A stretch of DNA of 61,419 nt, the filler included. It is 10 parts of 10 records of this genome, joined end to end, with 100 filler letters (N's around TTAATTAATTAA, not from the genome) between each part and the next. Parts side by side here need not be neighbours in the genome. Positions count along the whole stretch, not along the records: positions 16,742 to 25,734 come from SRR7504441_5538; positions 25,835 to 38,544 come from SRR7504441_5539; 8 more parts are not named here. One strand, written 5' to 3'. Each line of letters opens with the position of its first letter. Position 1 is the stretch's first letter. This document shows positions 22,729-34,000 of this stretch, in pieces. The notes beneath the pieces were generated by a model that did not search any database, was not told where the DNA came from, and saw only the letters and a list, made by a program, of their open reading frames with translations. The translations under genes were made by a program, and so were the position numbers.

Positions 22729-24042
22729 CTATCGAGTAATCGAGTACCGAGGCATGAGTTCTATCGGACCCAACGCCCGCTTGACTTGCCTCAGACCCGA
22801 AGTAGGGGCATTCTGCCGGTTGACTCTCATCTGCCAGCCCGGGACGGGTGGGAACAGGAGCCGCGTGGCCTCCCGCGCCACATACTGGTAGCAACCAAAC
22901 AAATCTCTCCGAGCCTTCTCAACATGCACATTGAGCGCCTTTCCAGCCTGCTGCCGTTCACACACCTGGAACCCGACCACACAGCCATCCACTCGGACCA
23001 CCACCCCACACAGCTCCACCCCCTCCGCACGCAGCGCGTTGTACTGATGTAGCAGCCGCAGCGTGAAGTGTCTGTCACCTTCGACGTTGCCAGGAGACTG
23101 AGAGGCTCCCTTTTGGGCCCTCCAGAGTCCCACAGTGAATGCCGCACAGTCGGCCAGGTCTTGTTCGCTCTCGAGCAGCCGCACTTCCGGGCAGCAGGCA
23201 GCAGCAAACCTGTCTGCTCGCCTCGCGCGGTTGCGTTGCTGCGAGGTGCGTTGGAGCTCGGAGCTTCAACTAACCCTTGCCCGAGTCCTACTTGCCCAGA
23301 CGCGTTACAGCCGCAAGATAGCACCTGCAGCGAGGCTCGCGGACCTGAGGCAGAATTCCTGACCTGGTCGTCAGCAGTTATGAAGACTGCGAACTTCCCA
23401 CCGCAGCTGATCTGTGTGACGTGAAGCCCCTGCAAGCCCCAATGGTCAGGCGGCGGCGCTTACCGCGTCGCTGCAGGGAGGTGGGAACACCAAGAAGGGC
23501 AATCAGCGGCCGAGCGCGCTCCAGATACCTAAGGTGGGCTGAGCGTGCTATTTAGGGAGAGGAGCTGACTGAAGAGCTGGCGCAGGACGCGCTTGTGGGC
23601 CCAGATTCACTGCTTGGCGAAAATGACACCCCTGGCCTGTTCAAACAACTGCCTGGCCCGAGCATTCCGATGATGAACAGCTCGCTCGGCTCGGAGCAGC
23701 CCTTTCCTTCGCCCACCCACTTCCTCTCAGAGCTGCAGACCCCGATGGGATGGTGCTGCCGCCCTGTACTGGCAGCCTGAGGCAGGCCGGCAGCACCACA
23801 CCGTCAAACCTGAGTGCTTTTGCTTGGAATTCGCCCAACAATACTTCTGGAGCTGGTGGCCACCAGCTCACTGTGCCCGGCGAGGTGCGAGCCGGCCTAT
23901 TCTGGCGTGTGATGTGTGATTGCAGAAAGAAATGAAGCCGCCAAATGGAATGCCACAAGTGGCGCCATGAGCTTGAATCGCGCATAGAGCCCAGTCCACC
24001 CACTAGAATCACGCGAGACAGTCGCTCAATGATAAACGCCAT
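22729..24042 (-). CDS. RCC1-repeat fragment fused to DUF2156 (MprF C-terminal/GNAT-like) domain; 5' exons uncertain
   Basis: RCC1-like GLHVTQISCGGKFAVFIT..|VLSCGCNASGQ, then DUF2156-like QRNRARRADRF...VVRVDGCVVGF...VHVEKARRDLFGCYQY...VNRQN...GLRQVKRALGP. Confidence 0.6.
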
Positions 24043-24172
24043 TATCGTATTCGCCGTCCTAGCTGATTCTAAGCTGATTCCATATTGCTATTTATCATTG
24101 AGGAGCTCACTCAAGCACATAGATCTACATAGCATTGTGTTACGTAGCTCACCAAAGCTTCGCGTTCGTAGG

Positions 24173-25097
24173 TCACCAATTGTTGCGCTCCTGGCTGCGG
24201 CTCTTGGCGTCTTTCTTGCGCTTCTTGTAGAGCATCTTTTGCTCTCGCCACGCATCCATCCGGTCGCTGTTAGTGTCATTAAAAAAGCTCTCCACCACCT
24301 CTGGGCTCTCCTCAGCCGCGTCAGCCGCTGGGTCGTTGTACACCCCACCACCGCCGATGACAATCTCCGGTAGCCCTTCCCGCCTCCGATACGCGTTTGA
24401 GTCCCTCAGGCTGTACGAGCAGCCGCAATACTCCTGTTTGTAGAACTCCTCCTCTGCGTTTATCCTGTACTTGCGCTCCGTCATCTCATCCGTCTGCCAG
24501 TCGTACATCAAGTAGTCCACGCTGTCATACTTGGACGCGGCCACTATCCCGGACCGGTTCACCTGCCCCAAGCTCGCGCTCGCCCGCCACCGGCCGCGCC
24601 TGGTCCTGGTCCTTCCACCGGCTGGTCGCATTTGTGGTGGTGAAATGACTAAATCCATGAGCTGCCGCGTACGCCGCGGTGCGCTCCATCCGCATGTCGA
24701 AGCAGGCGGTGCAGCGGGCCCCTCGCTCGGGGCAGAATTCCATCCCTTTGGTCCTGTGGTACCAGGCCTCCACATCGTAGTCTGCGTCCACGATGGGAAT
24801 CCCGAGCTTGCCCGCGTACCGGATGTTCTCCTGCTTGCGGATCTCGTACTCCTTGCGCGGGTGGATGTTTGGGTTGTAGAAAAATACCGTGATATCCACA
24901 CCCTGCGCCTGCAGCTCCTCGGTCATTGCACCGGAGCACGGCGCGCAACAGCTGTGCAGCAGTATCTTGAGCTGCCCCGGCCCGCGCCAGCGCCGTTTGA
25001 GCCGGTGCAGTGCGTTGGGCGCCTCCTCGCCCGCCCGCCCGCCCGCAAAGCTCCGCCGCGAGACGGCGCCCCAGCCCGCTCTCACCGCACGGAGCAT
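24173..25097 (-). CDS. queH: Epoxyqueuosine reductase QueH (DUF208) with N-terminal presequence and a GC-AG intron at 24563-24599
   Basis: Motifs [46 protein letters not shown] and [11 protein letters not shown]. Confidence 0.9.
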
Positions 25098-25100
25098 TCC

Positions 25101-25110
25101 AGTCCGTTAA
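25101..25110 (-). promoter_or_regulatory. Recurrent TAACGG(A) MYB-like upstream motif (example upstream of queH)
   Basis: AGTCCGTTAA here is identical to 55771-55780; the core also occurs at 5488, 13391, 16497, 30937, 40364 and 45649. Confidence 0.55.
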
Positions 25111-25401
25111 AAAGCTGCATCCTTACCAGCGGCTCAGTCTAGATCTGGCTCCAAAAAGGTGCGACGCGCAAGTGGTCGATCATCCTGAGCGGGGCGCGCC
25201 GTTGCACACGAATAAAATAAAGCCATTGAACTACGGTATTTCGTCGGCCCATTGGCAACAACTCGGTGGTGGCACAATACTTAATATCTAATCTTACTAA
25301 ATCGAATCATCAGTTCTGTTCGCTTGAAAATATTGATCGAATTAACGAATCAGATCGACCGGATTGCGTTTGGAAGACGTTCAGTTTAAAGCGAGCTGCG
25401 C

Positions 25402-25734
25402 TTATTCTGTTTCAGCTTCGTCGTCAGCGTCGGGTTGTGCCTCAGCCTCGGCAGCAGCTGCCTCAGCGTCAGCAACTCGCCTCTCAGACCGTGGTGTGCA
25501 CCGCCCCGTCGCCGCCGAGCACCGAGGCAGCCCCGTCCTTCTGATTCCGGTCCCACTCGCCTGCATACATCGAGCCGTTTGCATAGTGGAACGTGCCCTT
25601 GCCTGGCCAGAGCTTACACCAGGCCAACCGGACGGCTACCGTGCCGCGAGCCCTGTCGCATTGTCCCGGTGTAGTGGTTGAGCTGCTGGTAATGCCCCGC
25701 CAGTCCTGCCCGGCTTCGACGCCGGCCGCCGGAT
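25402..25734 (-). CDS. MORN-repeat protein C-terminal part (RSPH1-like), 5'-truncated
   Basis: Exon fragments HYTGTMRQGSRHG and GKGTFHYANGSMYAGEWDRNQKDG, plus an acidic tail. Confidence 0.6.
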
Positions 25735-25834
25735 NNNNNNNNNNNNNNNNNNNNNNNNNNNNNNNNNNNNNNNNNNNNTTAATTAATTAANNNNNNNNNN
25801 NNNNNNNNNNNNNNNNNNNNNNNNNNNNNNNNNN

Positions 25835-27670
25835 TGGCTCACTCTGATCTGCATCCTAAACAATGGCTATCAGTCTCCCACAGATGGATGCTAATCTGCA
25901 TTTACCCCTGTTCGGGCCAACTGTTTATCGCTGTTAAATTTCGGAACATCCTCTTCTGGCGGATCTGGTAGCACCAGTGAAGCTCCTACCTCTATTGCAG
26001 AATCTTTAGTCAGGTCGTCAAAGAAGTCAGAGTTGAGGGTGATCAGCTCACTGACCTGTGCATCCACAGCTGCCTTAACCCAGATTAAGCTCTTAGTCAG
26101 GCACCTTGACATTGAGCTGGTCGGCAAGATTTTCCAAAGTGTCGGAATCTTCTACGACATGGACCAGTTGATGGGCACATCTCACCCCATCAATTGTAAT
26201 TGCTGGAGGCGGTTCCGGCTTGACAATACCATGCTGCACCTTGCGGTACAGAGCCCTGCCGCGCTCCACCTCCGCAAACCCGAGCTCTTCCCTGTCTCCA
26301 TCTTCCATCACATTTAGAAAAAACTCAGGCTCAGTCTGTGTGGCAGGCAGATATGCGACAATATCTCCTGTGAAAATCCCCATTTTCGGAAATTTGCGGC
26401 ATACACGTTGCCAGATTACTGGATGCCTGACCAGTGCTCAGCACTACAACAGTACACAAACGCTCACCCGAAATGCACCCACCCTTCTTGCAATTGCCCT
26501 GCATTCAGGAGTGGCTCACTGTGGGTCGCTTTCCACTCTTCAAGCGCCTCCTCCTGTTGGTGCAGATAGTCTACAGCCTCACCCTCCTGCCCATCAGGCT
26601 CAGCCCAATCAATATTGCTGGATCCGGCCTACCGTGCGCATATCACTGTGAACAACTGAACCCCACCCCTGCTGGAGTCGCCAATTTCTCTCCCGGCTGC
26701 ACAAGCGTACCAGGTCATTTCGGCACTACAGTGTAAGCGAGGCACATGAAATCATCGTTGTACTCCAGCGTCCAGTCAACTGCACTCGTGTAGCGTTCCT
26801 CATCTCGCTCGTACTCTATAGGATCCAGCACTGGCTCCGCGTCAGGCTCTGCAGCCTGCTCCTGCTCTCGGGCTTCGCGCTCGCGCTCCCGCTCCCGTTC
26901 TCGCTCTCGCTCCCGAGCAGCGGCCACAAGGCTAGCACGCTCGACAGCATGCTCCTCCAGCGCCTCGCGGCCAAAGTATCGGATGAAAGTCCTAGCGTAG
27001 GCCCTGCACACCAGGCGGATTGAGCGCTGCAGCTGAGCGGTAGGCAAACCGGGCCGCCTTATTGACGTCCTTGAACTTGCCCAGCGACTCGATCTTATTC
27101 TTCTGAGATGAGTCTCTGCCTGGGATCTGGAATTGCACCACCCACATGTCACCTGCCAATCCCCTCAGTGGGTGGTGACAGCCCATCCTTCGCCTCACCG
27201 GTGCTGTTCGGGTAGACGCCCTGATACCCCGAAATTGCGCGCTCAGAGACGATCAAAGGCAGATTATCTTCGGGTTCCTCATCTTCCGAGGACTCCTCTT
27301 CTTCAGCTGCGTCCTCAGCGGCGGGCTGTTCCTCGGCCGCGGGCTCCTCCTCCTCGGCCGCTGGCTCCTCCTCTTCTGCAGGCAAATCAGCTTCGGGATC
27401 CACATCATCTGAGGACTGCTCCTCCTCAGCTGCATCCTCAGCGGCGGGCTGTTCCTCGACCGCTGGCTCCTCCTCTTCTGCAGGCAAGTCAGCTTCGGGC
27501 TCCTCATCTTCTGAGATCCCCGCTTCCTCAGCTGCGTTCTCTGCTGTGGGCTGTTCTTCCTCCACGCCCGCGGGCTCGTCCCCAGCTACTGGCTCTTCCT
27601 TGGCCGCTGGCACTGGCTCTTCCCTAGCCGCTCCCGATTCCCATGCCTCTGGCGCTTCACCTGATTCCAT
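25835..27670 (-). CDS. Acidic-repeat + AP2 + Tudor-like + LysM multidomain protein, multi-exon, probably 3'-truncated
   Basis: AP2: SGYQGVYP..GDMWVVQ...LGKFKDVNKAARAYAR. Tudor-like: RKFPKMGIFTGDIVAYLP...EDGDREEL. LysM: HVVEDSDTLENLADQLNVK|VSELITLN...IEVGASLVLP. Confidence 0.7.
27270..27620 (-). repeat. Coding tandem repeat (PEADLPAEEEEPAxEEQPAAEDAAEEE)
   Basis: Near-identical ~80-100 bp units visible in both DNA and protein. Confidence 0.85.
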
Positions 27671-27993
27671 TCCGCGGGACCGGCTCCGGGCCCGAGAACT
27701 AACGATTATCTGATTTAAGCTAGAGCTGTAGCTGGAGGAGCGGGTATCAGACTACCCGTGACTACCGGTATACGTAAGACCAAGAACTCAGTTTACGAGT
27801 ACTCTCAGTGCACTGTAGTGGGTGGTTGCGTTGAGTGTACATGTCGTGTAAAATCTTGAAAGTACAAATCAAGTACAGATTATTATACAAATGGAATCGA
27901 CGTAGAATCGACGCGTCTCCATCGGAGACTACGTATAAAATTATACTAACTTGTATTATTGGCACGTCGGTACTCGTACGCATCGCTGACAAG

Positions 27994-28981
27994 TCACAGC
28001 AGTGTGCTTGTAGTGCCATCGGCGTCTAAATCGTTACTCGCACGATTCTGCAAGCAAGCAAGCACTTTGAGCATGGAGGTCTTGCTGTATCTGCTTCTCA
28101 GCATAGTAGTTTTCCTGCGACCAGCAATCACAAATGTGGGCCCCGGCTGCCACAGCCTGTGAGAGTGCGAGCAGCCGCAGCCCGAGCAGACCAGTTGCAA
28201 ACTGCCCAACCCGACTGAGCGCCATTCTCGGCTAGATCAACACACCAAGAGTGCCACCGCCAGGAACACGCTTACCACCTGGTTGAACCGCTCGGCAACG
28301 AGTCATGCGAGGCCCCTTACATACACCAGGCGCATGTAGTGGTCGTCATAGCCTCCTGCAGAGAAGGGTGTGCCCTGGTTATAGTAGAGGATGACAACCT
28401 GCCGGGCACCGTGCGGCCAGCCAAGGGTCCAGGGGCACAGCCATCGTGCCAACCAGCACATTCAGAAATGAGAAGGTGAAGATGGACATTGCAAACTGCC
28501 GGCAAGGCTTAGTCACGGGGGCGGGTGCTGGAGGTGCACGTAAAACTGGGAGCAGGCCTCGAACGCCACCACTACCAGCGTGCAGCATATGGTAATCCCG
28601 AATATGGACAGTTGCATCACTGCACCCTCCTCTGAGCGAGCCTGTCTGGCCAGCCCACCAGCGAATATGGCCAGGAAGGTTCGGTACGGTACAAAGGCGC
28701 CCCCCAGTTCGAACGCAAGGTAACTGACCCAGCAATCGGGTCAAGCATGCGGCTGAGACAACCTCATCGCCCCAGCAGCTACCCCGCATGCAACCTAACA
28801 ATAATTGAGTGCCGGCACCGGCAGCAGACTGCACCACAGATAGGATAACCCAGAGGTAGGCCTGGCCCTTGACTTTTTGCATGCTTTCGTCGCGGGTCTT
28901 CTCTTTGTCGCGCAGCCTTTGCAGCTTGAGCTTCTGACGGTCCGCCTGCTGTGCCAGGACCTCCTGCCCGTCCGCCAGCAT
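27994..28981 (-). CDS. Hypothetical multi-exon membrane protein
   Basis: Coiled-coil N-terminus followed by hydrophobic exons (AYLWVILSVVQS; FAMSIFTFSFLNVLVG). The 3' end is uncertain. Confidence 0.45.
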
Positions 28982-29272
28982 ATCGCCCCGTCTCCGTCTC
29001 ACATCGCCTCTCGTACGAACGTCCGTCGGTAGGTTTGGTGTGAAACGTTCCCCAGTCTGTCGGGGGACCACCCGAGAAGTGGAATTAAAGTGGAATCTGG
29101 TAGGAATCTGGTCTAGACTCTAGATGCTTTATTATTATGAGTTGGTCGCGACTCACCACGGTGTACGACCCACTGACTAATCTATGGCAAAGTAGTTCTA
29201 AAATGATCGTGAGAATAACAGAATCACTGATGGTATTCGTACTCGTGATGCATATGAGATCTTCGGCAAGGT

Positions 29273-30041
29273 TTACCGCGTTGTCAAACTTTGCCGTCTA
29301 GAAGCTCCTGCGCCGAGCCTATCTAGCCCCATGTAGGCTTACCGCCGGCAGCACCTGCACTGGACCCGACTTGAACAGATTCTGGGGCAACATGCGTGCT
29401 TTGGCGGCCTCCTCCAACTCGGTCACAAGCCTGCTTTCGGCTCGCGCCCGCCAACCGCAGGCCCCACACCGCTTCAGCTCAGCCTCGGCCTCCTGGGTCT
29501 TGGCCTCCTCCTATCTGCGGCTCAGGGCCAACCGGCTGCCTATGCCGACCCGGTCGAGCGCCGCTTGGGCTTTGCGCTTCCGGGCGTCGAGCAGCTCGAT
29601 CGCATCCTCCAGCGAGACTCCCTGCCGTCCATCTGGTCCCGCCGGGCGGTAGCCGGCACCTCGGCCTCGGCCTGGGTATCGGCAATGTAGTGCTCGATCT
29701 TTCGCTCTACCCGGGCCTTCTTCTTGCTATGCTCCCGGGTCAGATGCTCACTCAGCGTCTCGACCGCCGCCGAGTCGCTGCACCGGCCGTGCGTTACAAC
29801 CAGTCTGAGCTGGCGACCCTGAGGACGTCTGCGAGCTTGGCGCAGCTGGACGGGGCTAGTGGACTCACTGGGGGGCATCAAACAGTCGACTACGCCGGCA
29901 CCGAGTGCGTGCGATGGGCAGAAGCGCAGGGGGGTGCGGGGGGGAGCGGCACCGGTATTTGGATGGGATGAACTTGTTCAGCTCCGTCGAACTGACGAGC
30001 CCCAGCTCGTGCTCCAGGAGCAGCTCGCGCACCTCCTGCAT
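29273..30041 (-). CDS. Hypothetical multi-exon coiled-coil protein
   Basis: A frame is recoverable via short GT-AG introns: [10 protein letters not shown]...[37 protein letters not shown]. Confidence 0.55.
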
Positions 30042-30085
30042 CGCCTCCGGGAGGCCCAGCAGCAGGCTCGGCAGTGCACTTGAAA

Positions 30086-30769
30086 ATGCGCAGCTGCAGG
30101 TCGCTGTGTACAGCGGCCCAGCGGCCATTCCGGACGCTCGGGCTGCAGCAAGTGGCGGTGTGGCCGGCTGGCCTCTGCCGCCCGCTCACGGGCTGCGCCG
30201 GCCAGATCGGCTCGCTCAACAAAGGGGGACTGAGCAAGCTGTGGGGCAGCGTGCTGGGGGTGCCCAAGTGCGAGCAGGGCCGGGCCGGCGGGTCACTGGT
30301 CGGTGCAGGGTGGGCAGCTTCAAGTCAGACAAGGAGAACGTGGACGAGGATATTCACCAGCTCGGCTCCGGGCCGCTGGCTGTGGAGCTCGATCTGATGC
30401 AGCCGCTGGACGCTGGGCGCAGCCCCAAGGTGCACGTACCGCCGCTCAACCACCTGGGCCTGTGGGTGGACGACCTGTCCGCGGTGAGCGGCGCTGTGCG
30501 GGTGACCTGTGCCTGACTAGTGCCAGGCGGTGACCTGGCTTGAGCGGAGCGGCGTCCGATTCGCCCCGGGCGGCATCCGCAAGGGGGCGGCGGGGCACGA
30601 GGTGGCCTTCATTCACCCCAAGCCCAAGTGCGTGCACTCGCATGTAGCAGCCTAGCATGATGGCCTGGGTGTCAGCGCCGAGTTCCCACTCAGCGGCGAA
30701 GGGGTGCTGATCGAACTCGTGCAAGCTCCCACCGAGGTGATTCAAGCTCACGATGCGATCGCATCGTAA
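30086..30769 (+). CDS. VOC/glyoxalase (methylmalonyl-CoA epimerase-like) protein with mitochondrial-like presequence, 4 introns
   Basis: Motifs [58 protein letters not shown] and [12 protein letters not shown]. Confidence 0.85.
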
Positions 30770-31085
30770 AGCTACGTACAACTCGTTAGAACTAACAAGT
30801 GTATACGCTCTGAGTAGTGAAGTAGGTCGGTACAGAGCCTATGGCACCTATCCGCTATGTGAGGTTCGATCAGCGTTACAATACAGTCAGCTGACACGCT
30901 GACAGCAGGCAGCAGCTCGGCATCTTTTTTGTGTCGTAACGGATCGGGTACCAGTCTCGGGCATTCGAACTTGCCGTGGCCGCCAGGCACGCCAGCTTCG
31001 CAGGGTTTGGGTGGTGCGTCGGCCGAGCTGGTGCCGCGTGTTAATCGCTCCGCGCAGAGCACAGAGCGGCCTGAGCGCCGTCGAG

Positions 31086-34000
31086 ATGGAGGGCAACGTC
31101 GGGGAGGAGTTGCCGCAGGATGTCGAGGACAACCTGGCGGAGGACACCACATCGATGGACATCGGGCAGGTGGGCTGAGGCCGGATCCTCGGGGGCTGCG
31201 CGCCGACCGCTGTCGCCGGTTTGGCAGGTGGAGGAGTATCTGGCTGCGGTCGGGCCAGCGATGCTCGGCGACACTCCGTCCAACCAGGGCTTCCTGGACC
31301 AGCTGCGCATGGTGACAGTGGCGGCTGCGGCCGGGAAATGGCTGGCTCTTACGCAGCTGGACTGTCAGGGGGCTGCGCACGAGAAGCTACGCCAATTCGT
31401 GAACGACCCGCAAGTGTCTGTATTCACCGTCTCCAAGGTGGTCATGGGCGGCGATGGGAACCAGCCGGCCCGGTGCAGGTGAAGGACGACGGCGACGACC
31501 CGATGATCGATCAGGCACCCTCCGAATACACATTCGAACTCGAGGTTTCGTTCCTGGGCACCAAAAATTCCCAGGTCTGTAGAACAGCAGCTGGCTGCTC
31601 GTTACAGCAGGGCCAGGTGGCGTTCATCAAAAGGCAGGCGGCAGCGCTGGACGGGAGTCGTCCGTGCGCTGCACAGCTACAGGTGATCTGCGGCGGGCTG
31701 CCGACATTTGCTCAGCTGTTGTGGGGCAGGCAATCGACCTGGGCAATGGAGTGCCTTTTGAGACACTGCACTCGTACATTCACTCCACGTTCTCGCCCCT
31801 CTTCCACTCGTACGTGATGAAGACCCAGCGGTTCGACAAGGTCTGTGCTGTTTAGCTGTGTTGAGCGGCCAGTAACCGAATGTAATCTACCAGGAGGTCA
31901 GTGAGAAGAAACAGGGAATCCCTGCGGTTAAGAAAAAGATGCAAGAGTTGGAGCAATCCCTCTTACAGTGTCAGCAAAGTCTCGAGATCCCGGAGGTTGG
32001 CCCGATCCAGAAGGTCGGCTTATCGGAGTGGGCCTAGGTGCACCTGGAAATCGACCAGCATGTGAAGCGAGTGGCGCTGGCTGCAAAGGTGCGACTTGCT
32101 GTGTACACAGCTCAAGCTGCCCCTTGTAGGATGCTAATCGGAAGCTGGATGTGGAGGAGTTCAGCGATCTCATCGGCGATTCTGAGTTCCTCAACAGCAT
32201 CCAAGGTGGCGTGAATCGATGGGTGAGGCCAACCAGCTGGGCTCGCACTGATGCCACCATGTCTGTGACAGATTCGTGAGATCCAACGTGTGTATAAGCA
32301 TCAACGAGACCCAAGCTCTGGACCAGCAATTCAGGAAATCAATTTTCATCTTGGTAACAATCACGCTTATGATAGTTGCTGATTGGGTGGCTGTGCCCTC
32401 GGAAAGGCTCTTCTGATAGTATTCCCAACAGTCTTGTGTAAAAGTTGTTGGCCCCAGTAGCGCACTGCTGTTCATGCTGTTGCCTGTGTAATAATCCGCC
32501 GTGCTTGCTGCAGGCCATGAGAGTGCTCTTCTTGACGTAGTTGAGCAGCTGAAGCAACCTGAGATCGATGTGACGCTGTCGTTGCTTAAGCAGGCCAAAC
32601 GATTCCATGCCACAATGGGTCTAGATACTGCTGCCCAAAAGCTTCACAACACTGTCACCAGAGTTCAGAATTACAATCAACTCATGCACGATTTTCCGAT
32701 TAATGATCTCCTTGGGGCATCAGAGGTGCCTGCAATCATTGCAGCCATCCAAGCCATTTTCAAGCACATGACAGTGCTCAAGACCAAGAATCTGATGTAT
32801 CCTGTCGAACGCGCTGTCAAGCTGGTCGAGGCCATTTCACGTGACGTCACTGATGTGCTGGTGCGCATGCTTTCTGCCAAGCGCCCAATGCAGTTGCCCT
32901 ATGACAATTTTGAGAGTCTCACTGCTGGTTGTGAAACGCTCTTCAAAACATGGGAGGAGCTGGTCGAGAAGGATTTCAGGCACAAGGTGCTGAAATATTT
33001 GGCGGATCGTCAAGTCAGGGGGCAAACAAACTTCAAACTGAAGATTGTTCATGAGCTCGGTCCACTGCGGGATCGAATTGAAGCCATCCGACAATTCAGG
33101 AGGCAGCACGAGGAATTGAATCTTGTGATCAACACAGTGCTTGGGAATACAGCCTCCTCTGAATTCAACACTGAGACTGAGCTAAGGAATGCATTTGAAC
33201 ATGTGAAGGGCATTGACGTTCTGGACGTCACAGCAGATGGTCAGGAGGCGTGGCGATTTGCAATGGAACAATATGACAATAGCATAGACCGCATTGAAGG
33301 TCGTGTCACTGCCAAGTTGCAAGACAAGCTGGGTGCTTGTCGAAATGCAAATGAAATGTTCCGTGTCTTCTCTAAGTTCAACGCTCTGTTCTACCTGCCC
33401 AAGATCCGAGGGGCCATTCAGCAATATCAGACCCAACTCATCGACCGCGTCAAGAATGATATCAAGGGATTGCAAGAAAAGTTTAAGCATGGTTATCCAA
33501 AATCAGAAGCGTACAAAATGTCAAAGCTTCGCGACTTGCCTGATGTTGCAGGGTCAATTATCTGGGCCCGTCAGATTGAGCACCAGTTGGATATGTACCT
33601 GAATCGTGTGCGAGATGTCCTTGGTGAAGATTGGGAGCAGGACAATGATGGCCGCATTCTCAAGCAAGAAAGTGAGACATTCCGCAAGAAGCTGAATGCT
33701 GAATCTTTGTATTCAAACTGGGCCAACGAAATGGGGGAGCATAGCTCAGAGATTCGTGGTGAGATTTTTGAAGTGGGACGCAAGGGTGGCAATCTGGTGC
33801 TCCAAGTGCACTATGATCCTGCCACCATAACGATGTTCAAGGAAGTGAGAAACTTCAAGTGGCTAGGCTTTCGACCCAGCACTGATATCAACATGATGGC
33901 AAGTCAGGCAAGAGATATCTACCCATCTGCCATGTCTCTGAGGGAGACACTGCGAACATACCACCAGTCCTGCTTCAGGATCAGTGAGCACGTGAGACCA

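Noticed and set aside
26870-26915. (RE)n microsatellite-like tract
   Set aside because: It is ordinary low-complexity coding sequence within the AP2-Tudor-LysM gene.
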